DNA of 52,517 bases from a virus (taxonomy: Duplodnaviria > Caudoviricetes), in IMG/VR virus record IMGVR_UViG_3300025000_000135, positions 1 through 52,517 of that record; one strand, 5' to 3'. Under the pieces are notes generated by a model. That model saw only the letters and a program-made list of their open reading frames with translations, did not search any database and was not told the DNA's origin. Both the position numbers and the translations under genes were made by a program. This document shows positions 1 to 9,182 of the stretch, piece by piece. Position 1 is the first letter of the stretch, and each line of letters begins with the position of its first letter.

Positions 1-38
1 ATAAGGAGTCATTAAGATTAAAGATTAGTGGAGGCAGA

Positions 39-527
39 ATGGCCTACAAAACCAGAATAATAAACAATCAAGGAAAATTAATTAATGAGAAGAATGAGGA
101 ATTATCTAAATTAGAGAATGCAATTGCGATATTAAATCCTTCTTTATCAGAGTATATGGTTTTAGACACCCATCCTCTTTCTGAGAATTATATGTACGAG
201 ACAGTCGTAAGTGATTATACAGGCAAAAATATTATGGTAAAAACTAATACATATAATAATTGGATTAGAAACTTCCCTTCACATCAATTATTAAATAAAG
301 AAGATTTGAATATTGATTGGAATATTCCAATTGTTGTATTTCTTAAATATGATTGTTTAGATAGATTTGACCTACAGAATTTTACGAAGAGTATTTTGGA
401 TCAAGTAATAACTAGAGATTATTTAGAGGATGATAAAATAGTTGATAAAGTGATACTTGAAAGAAATAAGACAGTTAAATCGTATGGAGATGGAAAGATA
501 TATATTTGTATTAGGAATGTGGATTAA
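39..527 (+). CDS. RusA-like endodeoxyribonuclease domain protein (may start upstream of the window)
   Basis: C-terminal D-L-Q-N-x-x-K...D...DD-x-x-V pattern resembles the RusA DxDNxxK..D..DD motif; the frame is open back to position 3. Confidence 0.45.
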   Translation: MAYKTRIINNQGKLINEKNEELSKLENAIAILNPSLSEYMVLDTHPLSENYMYETVVSDYTGKNIMVKTNTYNNWIRNFPSHQLLNKEDLNIDWNIPIVVFLKYDCLDRFDLQNFTKSILDQVITRDYLEDDKIVDKVILERNKTVKSYGDGKIYICIRNVD

Positions 528-558
528 TAATACAAAAATAATATTATCATATTTGGTT

Positions 559-594
559 AGGAGTTGTCCAATTAATTTTGGATTACTCCTTTTT
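559..594 (+). terminator. putative intrinsic terminator
   Basis: aggagttgtccaa...ttggattactcct stem followed by a T run. Confidence 0.45.
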
Positions 595-655
595 GGTGAT
601 TTCAGCACCTATCCTATAGAGGAAAATAAATAAATAAACAAAAAGGAATGATTTT

Positions 656-862
656 ATGACAAATCAAACATTAGAAAGTAATAAATCAGAACTCAAAACC
701 TTCTATGTCAAAAGTATGAAATTGGCTGGATACCTTATGATGAAGGGGTTTGTCTTACACAATGTAAAACCAGAAGAAAATTCAAAAAGAAATATATTCT
801 TATTCACAAATAGTCCTCAATTATTAAAAGCAATTGAGCAATATAAACAAATCAAGAAGTAA
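656..862 (+). CDS. small DUF5659-like protein
   Basis: S-x-K-LAGYLMMKGF...N-IFLF..SPQL..AI..Y pattern; RBS aaggaatga. Confidence 0.6.
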   Translation: MTNQTLESNKSELKTFYVKSMKLAGYLMMKGFVLHNVKPEENSKRNIFLFTNSPQLLKAIEQYKQIKK

Positions 863-1001
863 AAGTATTGAACTACATAAATAGTGTAGTTAAAACTTAG
901 TTACTTATCCATATTGACAGTAAAAATATTTGACTACCTGTTTTATGTAGTTCAATACTTACAATTTACTGTATTTGACTACATAAAACAGGTAGTCAAA
1001 T
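863..1001. repeat. three-arm inverted repeat upstream of an initiator-like gene
   Basis: 863-881 is the exact reverse complement of 942-960 (19 bp); 928-951 is the exact reverse complement of 978-1001 (24 bp). Confidence 0.85.
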
Positions 1002-1131
1002 GAGGTGTAATAAGAGTAACTAAGTATTAATAAGAGAGAATAATATACTCATGTCTCGCGAAACGCGATTCATAAATTATTTTCTTTTCTAATGATTATC
1101 ATAAACAAATTAAAGAAAGAGGTTTTAACAA

Positions 1132-2688
1132 ATGACAGAAAAACAAACATTAAATAATAAAGGTATATTTTGCAAATTACCAAATGAATTATTCTATTTT
1201 TCTGAAAAGAATCAAGACGCAGATCCTAAGAAAAGGAAGTTTAGTATCTTGGAAAATACAAAATCAGATAAAGGTAAATTTAATTATAAATCATTGTATA
1301 TTTTAGACTTCATTTATATGAATAAGAATATGAGGAATATTACAAATTTCTATCTTAAAGATATGATTACTGATTGTGGGTATAAATATAATACTAGAAC
1401 TGGTGAATCTGTTGACCAATTCAAACAAATACTTACCAAATTGCAAGAGTTAAAATTAATAAGTTGTGATATCAATTTTGCAGATGTAAAAGTTAATGAA
1501 AGAATATCATGTACATTAGATATTGATTTGGATAATCAATTCTTTATGCTTTATGATTGTGATAAGAACAAAATACTTAATCAAACTATAGATAAAATAG
1601 ACAATATGAATCTCCTTGTTTATTTTTGTTACTTGACTTGTAAAATGTATAAGCGTCCTAAAGGCGATGAAGTTGAAAAATCAGGTGGTAGGACAGAGGT
1701 ATGTTGGCCTCCATATAAGACAATTAATAAGGAGTTAGGTTTTGTCGATGATTCTATTAATAAATATAATAAGATATTGATCGAGTTAGATTTAATCAGG
1801 ATTGGAAATGCAGGATTATGGTATTACAAAGATGATATTAATAAAGCACTAAAAGAGAGTTGTAATATTTATACTTTATTCACCAATGAAGATGAATCTA
1901 CTCATAATCTTAAAGAAGGCATTAAATACTGGAAGAAATTAGATACAAATCAAAATAGAGTATTCAAAGGCACTAGGGAATATGAGAATAATAATCGTAA
2001 ACTTAATGGTGAATTAGGTTCTATTATTAAGAAAGAAAATTTAGGAACTGTAACAGCAGAAGATATTGTTAGGAAGAGCGAGATATTAGCATCGACAAAA
2101 CCTGATGAAGAGAAATATAAAATCATGTCAATATTAGATGCTAATGAAGGAGAATTACTATCCAATATATTTGAGAGTAAAAATATTGAGATTTCTGAGA
2201 AGTATTATGATTTAGAGGATTCATTAGGTTTAATGGATGGAGAAAATTTAGCAAAAGGTATTAAATATGAAGATTATAAATGGGTAATGATTAATTATAA
2301 AGAAAATGAGCATCAAAAGTTTGTAGATTATGTTGTTAAGAAAAAGACAGATGTATTTGATATTATTGATAATCGTACACCATCAGAGATTAAGGGTAGA
2401 GGGTTGCAGAATATTAAGAGGAAATTGATTATAGAAGATACTGTTGTTGATAAAGTTATTTCTGTAGATATTGAATCTAAACCAGATATCTTTGAAGATT
2501 GGTTTGAATATGAAGAAGATGATACATATGAATATGAAATGTCTGAGGATGATATTCAGGCAATGCATGAGATTGAGGAATTAAATCGTGCTATGATACC
2601 AGATGAAGTATTGAGAATTATTGAGCAACAAGATAGTGAAGAAGATTATGATTTTGAAGATGATGATTTTACTAAGTTATTTGGTTAA
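1132..2688 (+). CDS. putative replication initiator / winged-HTH DNA-binding protein with acidic tail
   Basis: F-x-KLPN N-terminus and CWPPYKTINKELGF..DSINKYNKILIELDLI wHTH typical of phage/plasmid initiators; very acidic C-terminus. Confidence 0.5.
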   Translation: MTEKQTLNNKGIFCKLPNELFYFSEKNQDADPKKRKFSILENTKSDKGKFNYKSLYILDFIYMNKNMRNITNFYLKDMITDCGYKYNTRTGESVDQFKQILTKLQELKLISCDINFADVKVNERISCTLDIDLDNQFFMLYDCDKNKILNQTIDKIDNMNLLVYFCYLTCKMYKRPKGDEVEKSGGRTEVCWPPYKTINKELGFVDDSINKYNKILIELDLIRIGNAGLWYYKDDINKALKESCNIYTLFTNEDESTHNLKEGIKYWKKLDTNQNRVFKGTREYENNNRKLNGELGSIIKKENLGTVTAEDIVRKSEILASTKPDEEKYKIMSILDANEGELLSNIFESKNIEISEKYYDLEDSLGLMDGENLAKGIKYEDYKWVMINYKENEHQKFVDYVVKKKTDVFDIIDNRTPSEIKGRGLQNIKRKLIIEDTVVDKVISVDIESKPDIFEDWFEYEEDDTYEYEMSEDDIQAMHEIEELNRAMIPDEVLRIIEQQDSEEDYDFEDDDFTKLFG

Positions 2689-2758
2689 GTTATAAACCAA
2701 TAAATAAAATATTCCTTTACTTATTTTGCCTCACGATGTATAATTATTATGAAGTGAG

Positions 2759-2965
2759 GTGATAAGAGTGGATGGAATAGAGAATAATGAAATTTATATT
2801 GTTCAATATAATGAAACTTCTGTGAGTAAAGAAGGATATTATACATTAGAAAAAGCTATAAAGTTTATTAATGGCAGAAGTTATAATCCTAGTAAAGTAA
2901 GAGAATTGGTTTATGTTGATACAGAGGGTAATGAGTATAAGATTTTGATTATTAATTTGAAATAG
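2759..2965 (+). CDS. hypothetical protein
   Basis: ORF with gaggtga RBS-like sequence; start uncertain. Confidence 0.55.
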   Translation: MIRVDGIENNEIYIVQYNETSVSKEGYYTLEKAIKFINGRSYNPSKVRELVYVDTEGNEYKILIINLK

Positions 2966-3068
2966 GGATTGGGTTTTTGATACATATAATATAAGGGATA
3001 ATTCTGTTTTTGTTGAAGTAATAAATAATGTTATTTTGATAATTTAATATGGAGGAGGAAACATAATT

Positions 3069-3656
3069 TTGAGTAAAATACAAACCTCAAATCTAGCAGG
3101 GAATACGTCTATTAGGGGTAGAGAAGAAAACGATTACTATGCGACACCGCCTAAAACAACAAAGGCAATATTGGATGTTTTAAAATTAACAGGTAGTATA
3201 TATGAACCAGCATGTGGGGAAGGACATATAGTTAAAGTTTTGAAAGAATATTATCCAGATAATAAAATATATTCCTCGGATTTAATTGATAGAGGTTATA
3301 ATAAAGGAGGAATTAATTTTTTAACTCATGATTACAAAGATAAAAAATTTTGCAATATTATAACTAATCCTCCTTTCAAGTTTGCAGAAGAATTTATAAG
3401 AAAATCTTTAGATATTACAACGGATAAAGTTCTTATATTGTGTAAAATACAATTGCTTGAGAGTAAACAAAGAAGTAAAATGTTCAATGAAACACCATTA
3501 AAGTACATATATGTTTTTACCAATAGACAAGCAACTTGGATGAACGGACAAGAAGTAGATGAAAAAGGTAAACCTTGGAGCACAACTATGTGTTTAGCAT
3601 GGTATATTTGGGAACACGGATATAAAGGAGAACCAATTATGAGGTGGTTACAATAA
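3069..3656 (+). CDS. DNA amino-methyltransferase (N6-adenine type), orphan
   Basis: DYYATP, SAM-binding EPACGEG and catalytic ITNPPF motifs. Confidence 0.85.
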   Translation: MSKIQTSNLAGNTSIRGREENDYYATPPKTTKAILDVLKLTGSIYEPACGEGHIVKVLKEYYPDNKIYSSDLIDRGYNKGGINFLTHDYKDKKFCNIITNPPFKFAEEFIRKSLDITTDKVLILCKIQLLESKQRSKMFNETPLKYIYVFTNRQATWMNGQEVDEKGKPWSTTMCLAWYIWEHGYKGEPIMRWLQ

Positions 3657-3784
3657 TCGTCAATACATAAGTTATGAATTAGATAATATATATTATAATT
3701 TAGCATGTGAAAGAGTTAATAAATGTTTGGATGAGATAAATGGTGTTTTGGTTTAGATTATAAAGTAATAAATAAAATAGTTTC

Positions 3785-3817
3785 ACTCCTAACTGCTTTT
3801 AATTAGTAGTTAGGAGT
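3785..3817. mobile_element. hairpin upstream of tnpB (candidate IS left end or regulatory stem)
   Basis: actcctaactgct / agtagttaggagt 13-bp stem. Confidence 0.4.
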
Positions 3818-3845
3818 ATTAATATCAATTTAAGGAGGTGAGCAA

Positions 3846-5054
3846 GTGTTAGTAAATAGAGTTGAACAACATCAAATTAAAAAGACACATCCAATGTTTA
3901 AAACAGTAGATGAATTGTGCTTTAAATCGAAAAACTTATACAATTATGCAAATTATATTGTCCGTCAAGAGTTTATTATTAATCATAATTATATCAATTA
4001 TTATGATATGAAAAAAGAACTAAAAACTCACGAACCATTTAAAGATTTAGGATCACAGGCTTCTCAACAAGTTTTAGAAAAGTTAGATAAAAATTGGAAA
4101 TCTTTCTTTGTTGCCATAAAAGATTGGTCTAAATACCCTGATAAATATCTAGGCAAACCCAGAATACCAAAATATAAAAATAAAAACGGTAGGAATATTG
4201 TAATATTATCTAATATACAATTTAAGATTGAAAATACATTACTTAAATTTTCATGGAAACCATTTAGGAAATTTAAAATACCTACTAGGGTTCAAGGTAA
4301 ATTAATGCAGATTAGATTTGTACCTAAAGCAAGTCATTATATTATGGAAATAGTTTATCAAATTGATGTGCCAGAAGTTAATATTGAGTCTAAAAATATT
4401 ATAGGTATTGATATTGGAGTTGATAACTTTGCAACTATATCAAATAATATTGGAGTTAAACCAATTATTATTAATGGTAGAGGAATTAAATCTATTAATC
4501 AATATTACAATAAGAAAAAGGCAAAGTTACAGGCAGATGTGAAAGTAAGACATAATCAAGATTGGAGTAATAAACTTCAGAGATTGACAGATAAAAGAAA
4601 CAATAAAATTGATTATTTTTTACATAATGCAAGCAGAAAAATTATTGATTGGTGTATATTTTATAAGATTGATACAATTATCATAGGTAAAAATGATAAT
4701 TGGAAACAAAGAAGCAAAATGAGTAAAAAAGTTAATCAGAGTTTTATACAAATACCTCATGCGATGTTTATTGAAAAACTAAAATATAAAGCAGAGAATA
4801 AGGGTATTAAAGTTATTTGTACTGAGGAAAGTTATACTAGTGGAACAAGTTTTCTTGATGGAGAATTACCTATCAAAGCAAATTATGATAAGTCTAGGAG
4901 AATAAAAAGAGGATTATTTGAATCCAATGATGGAGAATTGATTAATGCCGATTTAAATGGAGCATATCAAATAATTAGAAAAGTATTTCCGAATACATTT
5001 GTGGACGGAATAGAGGGTGTACATTTACATCCAATTAGATTAAATGTAGTTTAG
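3846..5054 (+). mobile_element. tnpB: TnpB RNA-guided endonuclease (IS200/IS605 family, no tnpA nearby)
   Basis: SKNLYN N-terminus, RuvC-I GIDIG, EESYTS, RuvC-III NADLNGA, C-terminal GIEG..LHP.R.N. Confidence 0.9.
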
Positions 5055-5132
5055 TCTAATAAATGGGATTTAATAATCCCATAAATGTATGTTTTCCTAG
5101 TATAGTTGATTTTATGATAGGAGGAAATTATT

Positions 5133-5309
5133 ATGTCTGGATTAACACCTAAAAAGAAAGAAGAATTAAAACAGATGATGGGTAAGTATTCAGGGAAAGT
5201 AAGTCTGAGTTTACTGTCGATGGAAGAATCTTTAGAAGATATTATTCCTATTAATTGGTCTGAGGATGTTTTGAGTGGCAAGAAGAAGGTTTTGATTTGT
5301 GAGGGATAG
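5133..5309 (+). CDS. small hypothetical protein, 58 aa (not in ORF track)
   Basis: aggagg RBS at 5119; MSGLTPKKKEELKQMMGKY...VLICEG*. Confidence 0.65.
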   Translation: MSGLTPKKKEELKQMMGKYSGKVSLSLLSMEESLEDIIPINWSEDVLSGKKKVLICEG

Positions 5310-5377
5310 GGTTAGGGTTGATTAGGATTGTTAGTTTATAGAAATTAGTTTATAGAATTTTATATTGATTTAGTTTT

Positions 5378-5403
5378 AAGAGAGCTGTTGAGGCTCTTTT
5401 TTT
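5378..5403 (+). terminator. intrinsic terminator
   Basis: agagc...gctct stem followed by a long T run. Confidence 0.55.
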
Positions 5404-5520
5404 GTTTTAGTTAGGGATTAGTTGAATAGTTTCATGGTTTCTTATTGATGTTCGAAAATTAATAAGTGTAATTAATAGACTTTATATTTTGCCGATATAA
5501 GGTCTATTCCCATTTGTTTC

Positions 5521-6846
5521 TTGTGGCAAAAAGAAAGGAATGATGTATTTATTATGTTAATTAGTAAAACAGTTAAAACAAAATGGAATGGATCTACTAA
5601 AAAATATTATATTGGGAAAGGTTATATTTACACTAAAATGGGTGATGCATTCGAAGTTAAAATTGAGGATCTATTACCAAATAGCGAAGTTATAATAGAT
5701 GTTATCTGTGATTATTGTTTAGACGAAGGATTAGAAACTCACATGTTTCCATTATATAAAGATTATAATATTCGTAAAAATAAAAGTGTAATTAAAAAGG
5801 ATTGTTGTAAATTATGCATTTCCAAAAAGAGCAAAGAAAGTAATTTAATAAATTTTGGTGTTGAAAGCACTAATTCTTTACAATCAACTCAGGATAAAAA
5901 AGTTAAAACTAATATGGAAAGATATGGTGTAGATTGCTACTCAAAAACAGATGAATTTAAAGAGCGAGTGATTATAACAAATACTGAAAAATATGGCGTT
6001 CCCTATATAATGCAATCAGAGGAAATACAAAATAAAACCAAACAATCGAATATGGAAAAATATGGTGTAGAGTGGCATATACAGTCAGAAGAGATACGCA
6101 GAAAAATTGCAGAAACTAATTTAGATAAATATGGTTCTGAAAATATCTTTGGATCAGACGAATTTAAAATAAAAAATAAGCAACATATAATTGATACATA
6201 TGGTGTAGAATATTATATGCAAGTACCAGAAATTAAAGACAAAGCTAAACAGAAAATGTTGAAAAACCATGGTGTTGAATATGCTTTTCAATCTCCAGAA
6301 ATTAGAGAACTTTCTAGGCAAACTAATTTAGATAAATATGGCGTAGAATTTCCAATGCAAAATGAAGAAATAAGAAATAAACAAAGAGAATCGGTATATA
6401 AAAGTGGTAATGTAACAAGTTCTAAACAACAAAGATATATAAATAAATTATATAAAGGGGAATTAAATTATTATGCAAATAGAAAATGTTTTGTTGATGT
6501 GGGTTTGTTAGAGGAGGATATTTATATAGAATGGGACGGTAGTGGTCATAGATTAGGGGTTATTCATGGTCAAATTAGCGAACATGATTTTGAAGAAAGA
6601 GAAAAGAGAAGGTCTTATGGATTAATTAAGAGTGGTTTGAAAGAAATAAGAATTATATCACTCAAAGATAATTTGCCTTCTGATGAAGTATTATTAGAGA
6701 TGTTAGAATATGCAAAAATATTATTTAACGATTATGACTTTCATAGAGTTGTTTTTGATATTGACAATAATAATGTTTATACAAGTAAATGGAAAACAGA
6801 TTATGAATTTGGAGATTTAAGATCACTAAGAAATATGGATATATAA
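5521..6846 (+). CDS. tandem-repeat putative homing endonuclease (KYGV repeats, C-terminal Vsr-like PD-(D/E)xK domain); likely start ATG 5554
   Basis: N-terminal CxxC pairs, eight 23-aa repeats, VDV...IEWDGSGH...EKRR nuclease motif. Confidence 0.7.
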   Translation: MWQKERNDVFIMLISKTVKTKWNGSTKKYYIGKGYIYTKMGDAFEVKIEDLLPNSEVIIDVICDYCLDEGLETHMFPLYKDYNIRKNKSVIKKDCCKLCISKKSKESNLINFGVESTNSLQSTQDKKVKTNMERYGVDCYSKTDEFKERVIITNTEKYGVPYIMQSEEIQNKTKQSNMEKYGVEWHIQSEEIRRKIAETNLDKYGSENIFGSDEFKIKNKQHIIDTYGVEYYMQVPEIKDKAKQKMLKNHGVEYAFQSPEIRELSRQTNLDKYGVEFPMQNEEIRNKQRESVYKSGNVTSSKQQRYINKLYKGELNYYANRKCFVDVGLLEEDIYIEWDGSGHRLGVIHGQISEHDFEEREKRRSYGLIKSGLKEIRIISLKDNLPSDEVLLEMLEYAKILFNDYDFHRVVFDIDNNNVYTSKWKTDYEFGDLRSLRNMDI

Positions 6847-6854
6847 ATGATATT

Positions 6855-6892
6855 ATAGGCGTATCTACAATTAAGTAGATACGCCTATTTTT
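6855..6892. terminator. terminator between convergent genes
   Basis: perfect 14-bp stem ataggcgtatctac / gtagatacgcctat followed by a T run. Confidence 0.8.
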
Positions 6893-8509
6893 TTACTTAT
6901 TTAACTTTTCTAATTTCTTTTGATCATCTTCCTTAATATTTCTAATCGCATGATCAATTCCAAACTCAATATAATCTGCCATTACCTTGCTAACATAAGA
7001 TACCGTATAACTTCCACTAATTATCTTCTTTACATCTCCACCTGTAAAAATTCTTTCCCAAATTGGACAATCAGATTGAAGAATAGTCCCTCTCCATTGA
7101 CCAATTTGAATTATACTTTTAATTTTAGATAATTTAGACTCCCAGTCTTCTTTTCCATATAATCTAGAACTTATCGCAACGTATCCATGGAACATTAATA
7201 ATTCAAGAGTGAGATCCCTTATTCTCATTAAATCTCTATCTTCTTTTGAGACGTTGCCAAAATATTCTGGGAAAATACTTATTAATTTACTGAAGAATTT
7301 GGTTAAATAATCACCAACTAATTCAACATCGTCCTCAGTAATAAGTTTATAATTCTTTTTGATTGCGTCACTTAATGTTCCAAATGTTACAATCTTGTTT
7401 GTACCTTTTGTTCTTGTGTTGTCTGTCTCAATTTTATCTCTAAGAACCGAGGTCATAATTCTTCTAACAATCATATTGGCATAATCGTATATATCAAGAA
7501 ATTTAACTTTAGATGCTTGAATTTTAAGTTGGTGAAATCCGTATTCTTTAAAGATAAGTCCTCCACCGATTTCTTCTTTGTGTTCAATTGCGGTGATAAA
7601 TTCATAATCCCAAGGACTGTCCATTTGTTTTTGATTCTTTTTAATGTTCCATTTTTTAAGCCATAAACGACTTGCGGAAATGCGGTGCCACCCATCCACG
7701 GCATCAAGAACACCCGACCCTGTAAGTGTTTTGCTATCTTCATCAAAAATCAAAGGATTTAATATGTTTCCTTCTTCGTCCTTAATTATTCGAGCGTTAA
7801 GGGTTATAAGCATTCCATTAAGTTCTCCAGAAATTAACTGCTCGTATATCTTTTTTACTTTAGATGCCATTAAAAACGGGGTTGTCTTGCCATTTTTCTT
7901 CTTTTTTCTTGAGCGTTGTGTATTTTCATTATAAAAAATTACACCGTCATTTGCCATGGTAGCAAGCATTCCAGCGGATATATTTACGGAATATTTTCCG
8001 ACTTTCTTTTTAATTATTACAGGTGAAGCGTCCTCTAGTTCCCACTCAGGAAATTCTTCTGCTTTTTTAATCTTATTGCTTAATGTTGGCATATCATTCA
8101 TGTTTAATACATTGCCCATATTTCTTTCCCTCATTTTCTGTTTCAATTCCTCATCAGACATTACAGATTTATCATTCTCATCATCACCTACACTATCCCC
8201 AACAACCCCATCTCTGCTCCCTCTATCCCAAATTTTATCACTCTCAGATTCCATTTCTTTAACCAATTCTGTTTCATGTTGTTGAACCATATCTTCATTA
8301 TCCTCATCCCCAATAATTTCATCCAGACTTTCAAATCCTGCAGCACCTTCGCTCATTCCGTTTAATACCTCTTCCTTCACCTGATTAACCACATTCATAT
8401 CCATTTGATTAAACTTATCCTTATCCTTACCCTTCCTTGCCATATCCTGTATATCTCCTTCCGTTTCTATGTTTTCCATATTTCCACTTTTATCAAATTT
8501 AAAAATCAT
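6893..8509 (-). CDS. DGQHR/DndB-like (ParB/Srx superfamily) protein with acidic N-terminal extension
   Basis: NENTQR, ITLNAR and VDGWHR motifs, then IVTFGTLSDAI. Confidence 0.65.
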   Translation of the reverse strand: MIFKFDKSGNMENIETEGDIQDMARKGKDKDKFNQMDMNVVNQVKEEVLNGMSEGAAGFESLDEIIGDEDNEDMVQQHETELVKEMESESDKIWDRGSRDGVVGDSVGDDENDKSVMSDEELKQKMRERNMGNVLNMNDMPTLSNKIKKAEEFPEWELEDASPVIIKKKVGKYSVNISAGMLATMANDGVIFYNENTQRSRKKKKNGKTTPFLMASKVKKIYEQLISGELNGMLITLNARIIKDEEGNILNPLIFDEDSKTLTGSGVLDAVDGWHRISASRLWLKKWNIKKNQKQMDSPWDYEFITAIEHKEEIGGGLIFKEYGFHQLKIQASKVKFLDIYDYANMIVRRIMTSVLRDKIETDNTRTKGTNKIVTFGTLSDAIKKNYKLITEDDVELVGDYLTKFFSKLISIFPEYFGNVSKEDRDLMRIRDLTLELLMFHGYVAISSRLYGKEDWESKLSKIKSIIQIGQWRGTILQSDCPIWERIFTGGDVKKIISGSYTVSYVSKVMADYIEFGIDHAIRNIKEDDQKKLEKLNK

Positions 8510-8612
8510 CTCAAATCAACCTTCTTTCATCATTATATAGATAATTTATGATTTTGCAAATATTTTAGCACTATTTTATTAAGATTTTATTAAAAAAGAT
8601 GAGCATGTCCAA

Positions 8613-9179
8613 CTACTCATCTTTAAAATCATTAATATTTTGTGGTAAATATTTATTAGCATCAAAATTTGGCACATTGTTTTCCTTATCACTCTTACTA
8701 ATATCTTTATTACTATTTACAAAATCCAATGGATTATAACAAATACCATTTTTTCTATATTCCCAGTGACAATGTATCCCAAAACTCCTTCCAGAATTTC
8801 CGCTAATTGCAATAACATCTCCTTGCTTAACTTTATCCCCAACCTTGACTAAATTCTCACTATTATGCCCATATAATGTCTCTACATCATTACCATGAGA
8901 TATCATAATACAATTTCCATATACACCTTTCCATCCAGAGAATAAAACTATCCCATTATTAGACGCATGAATAGGAGTTGTCCCACAACCAATATCAATT
9001 CCATGATGCTCCTTTCCAATCCCATCTACATTAAATTCCTGAGTAATTACTCCCTCAACAGGCATAATCCAAGTATCATCCTCACTATATAAATGCTTCC
9101 TACTACACAAATAAATTAATAAAACCATTATAATAATAAAATATCTATTATTCCTTAAAATATTCATAAAAATATCCAT
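8613..9179 (-). CDS. membrane-anchored M23 peptidoglycan endopeptidase
   Basis: N-terminal hydrophobic helix; HHGID, YGHN and HCHWE motifs. Confidence 0.9.
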   Translation of the reverse strand: MDIFMNILRNNRYFIIIMVLLIYLCSRKHLYSEDDTWIMPVEGVITQEFNVDGIGKEHHGIDIGCGTTPIHASNNGIVLFSGWKGVYGNCIMISHGNDVETLYGHNSENLVKVGDKVKQGDVIAISGNSGRSFGIHCHWEYRKNGICYNPLDFVNSNKDISKSDKENNVPNFDANKYLPQNINDFKDE

Positions 9180-9182
9180 AAA

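Noticed and set aside
3069-3656. Restriction-modification system
   Set aside because: No adjacent restriction endonuclease; most simply an orphan phage methyltransferase.
5331-5357. ttagtttatagaa direct repeat (two copies)
   Set aside because: Short AT-rich tandem duplication with no supporting context.
6893-8509. Phosphorothioation (dnd) system
   Set aside because: Only a DndB-like protein; no dndA/C/D/E in the window.
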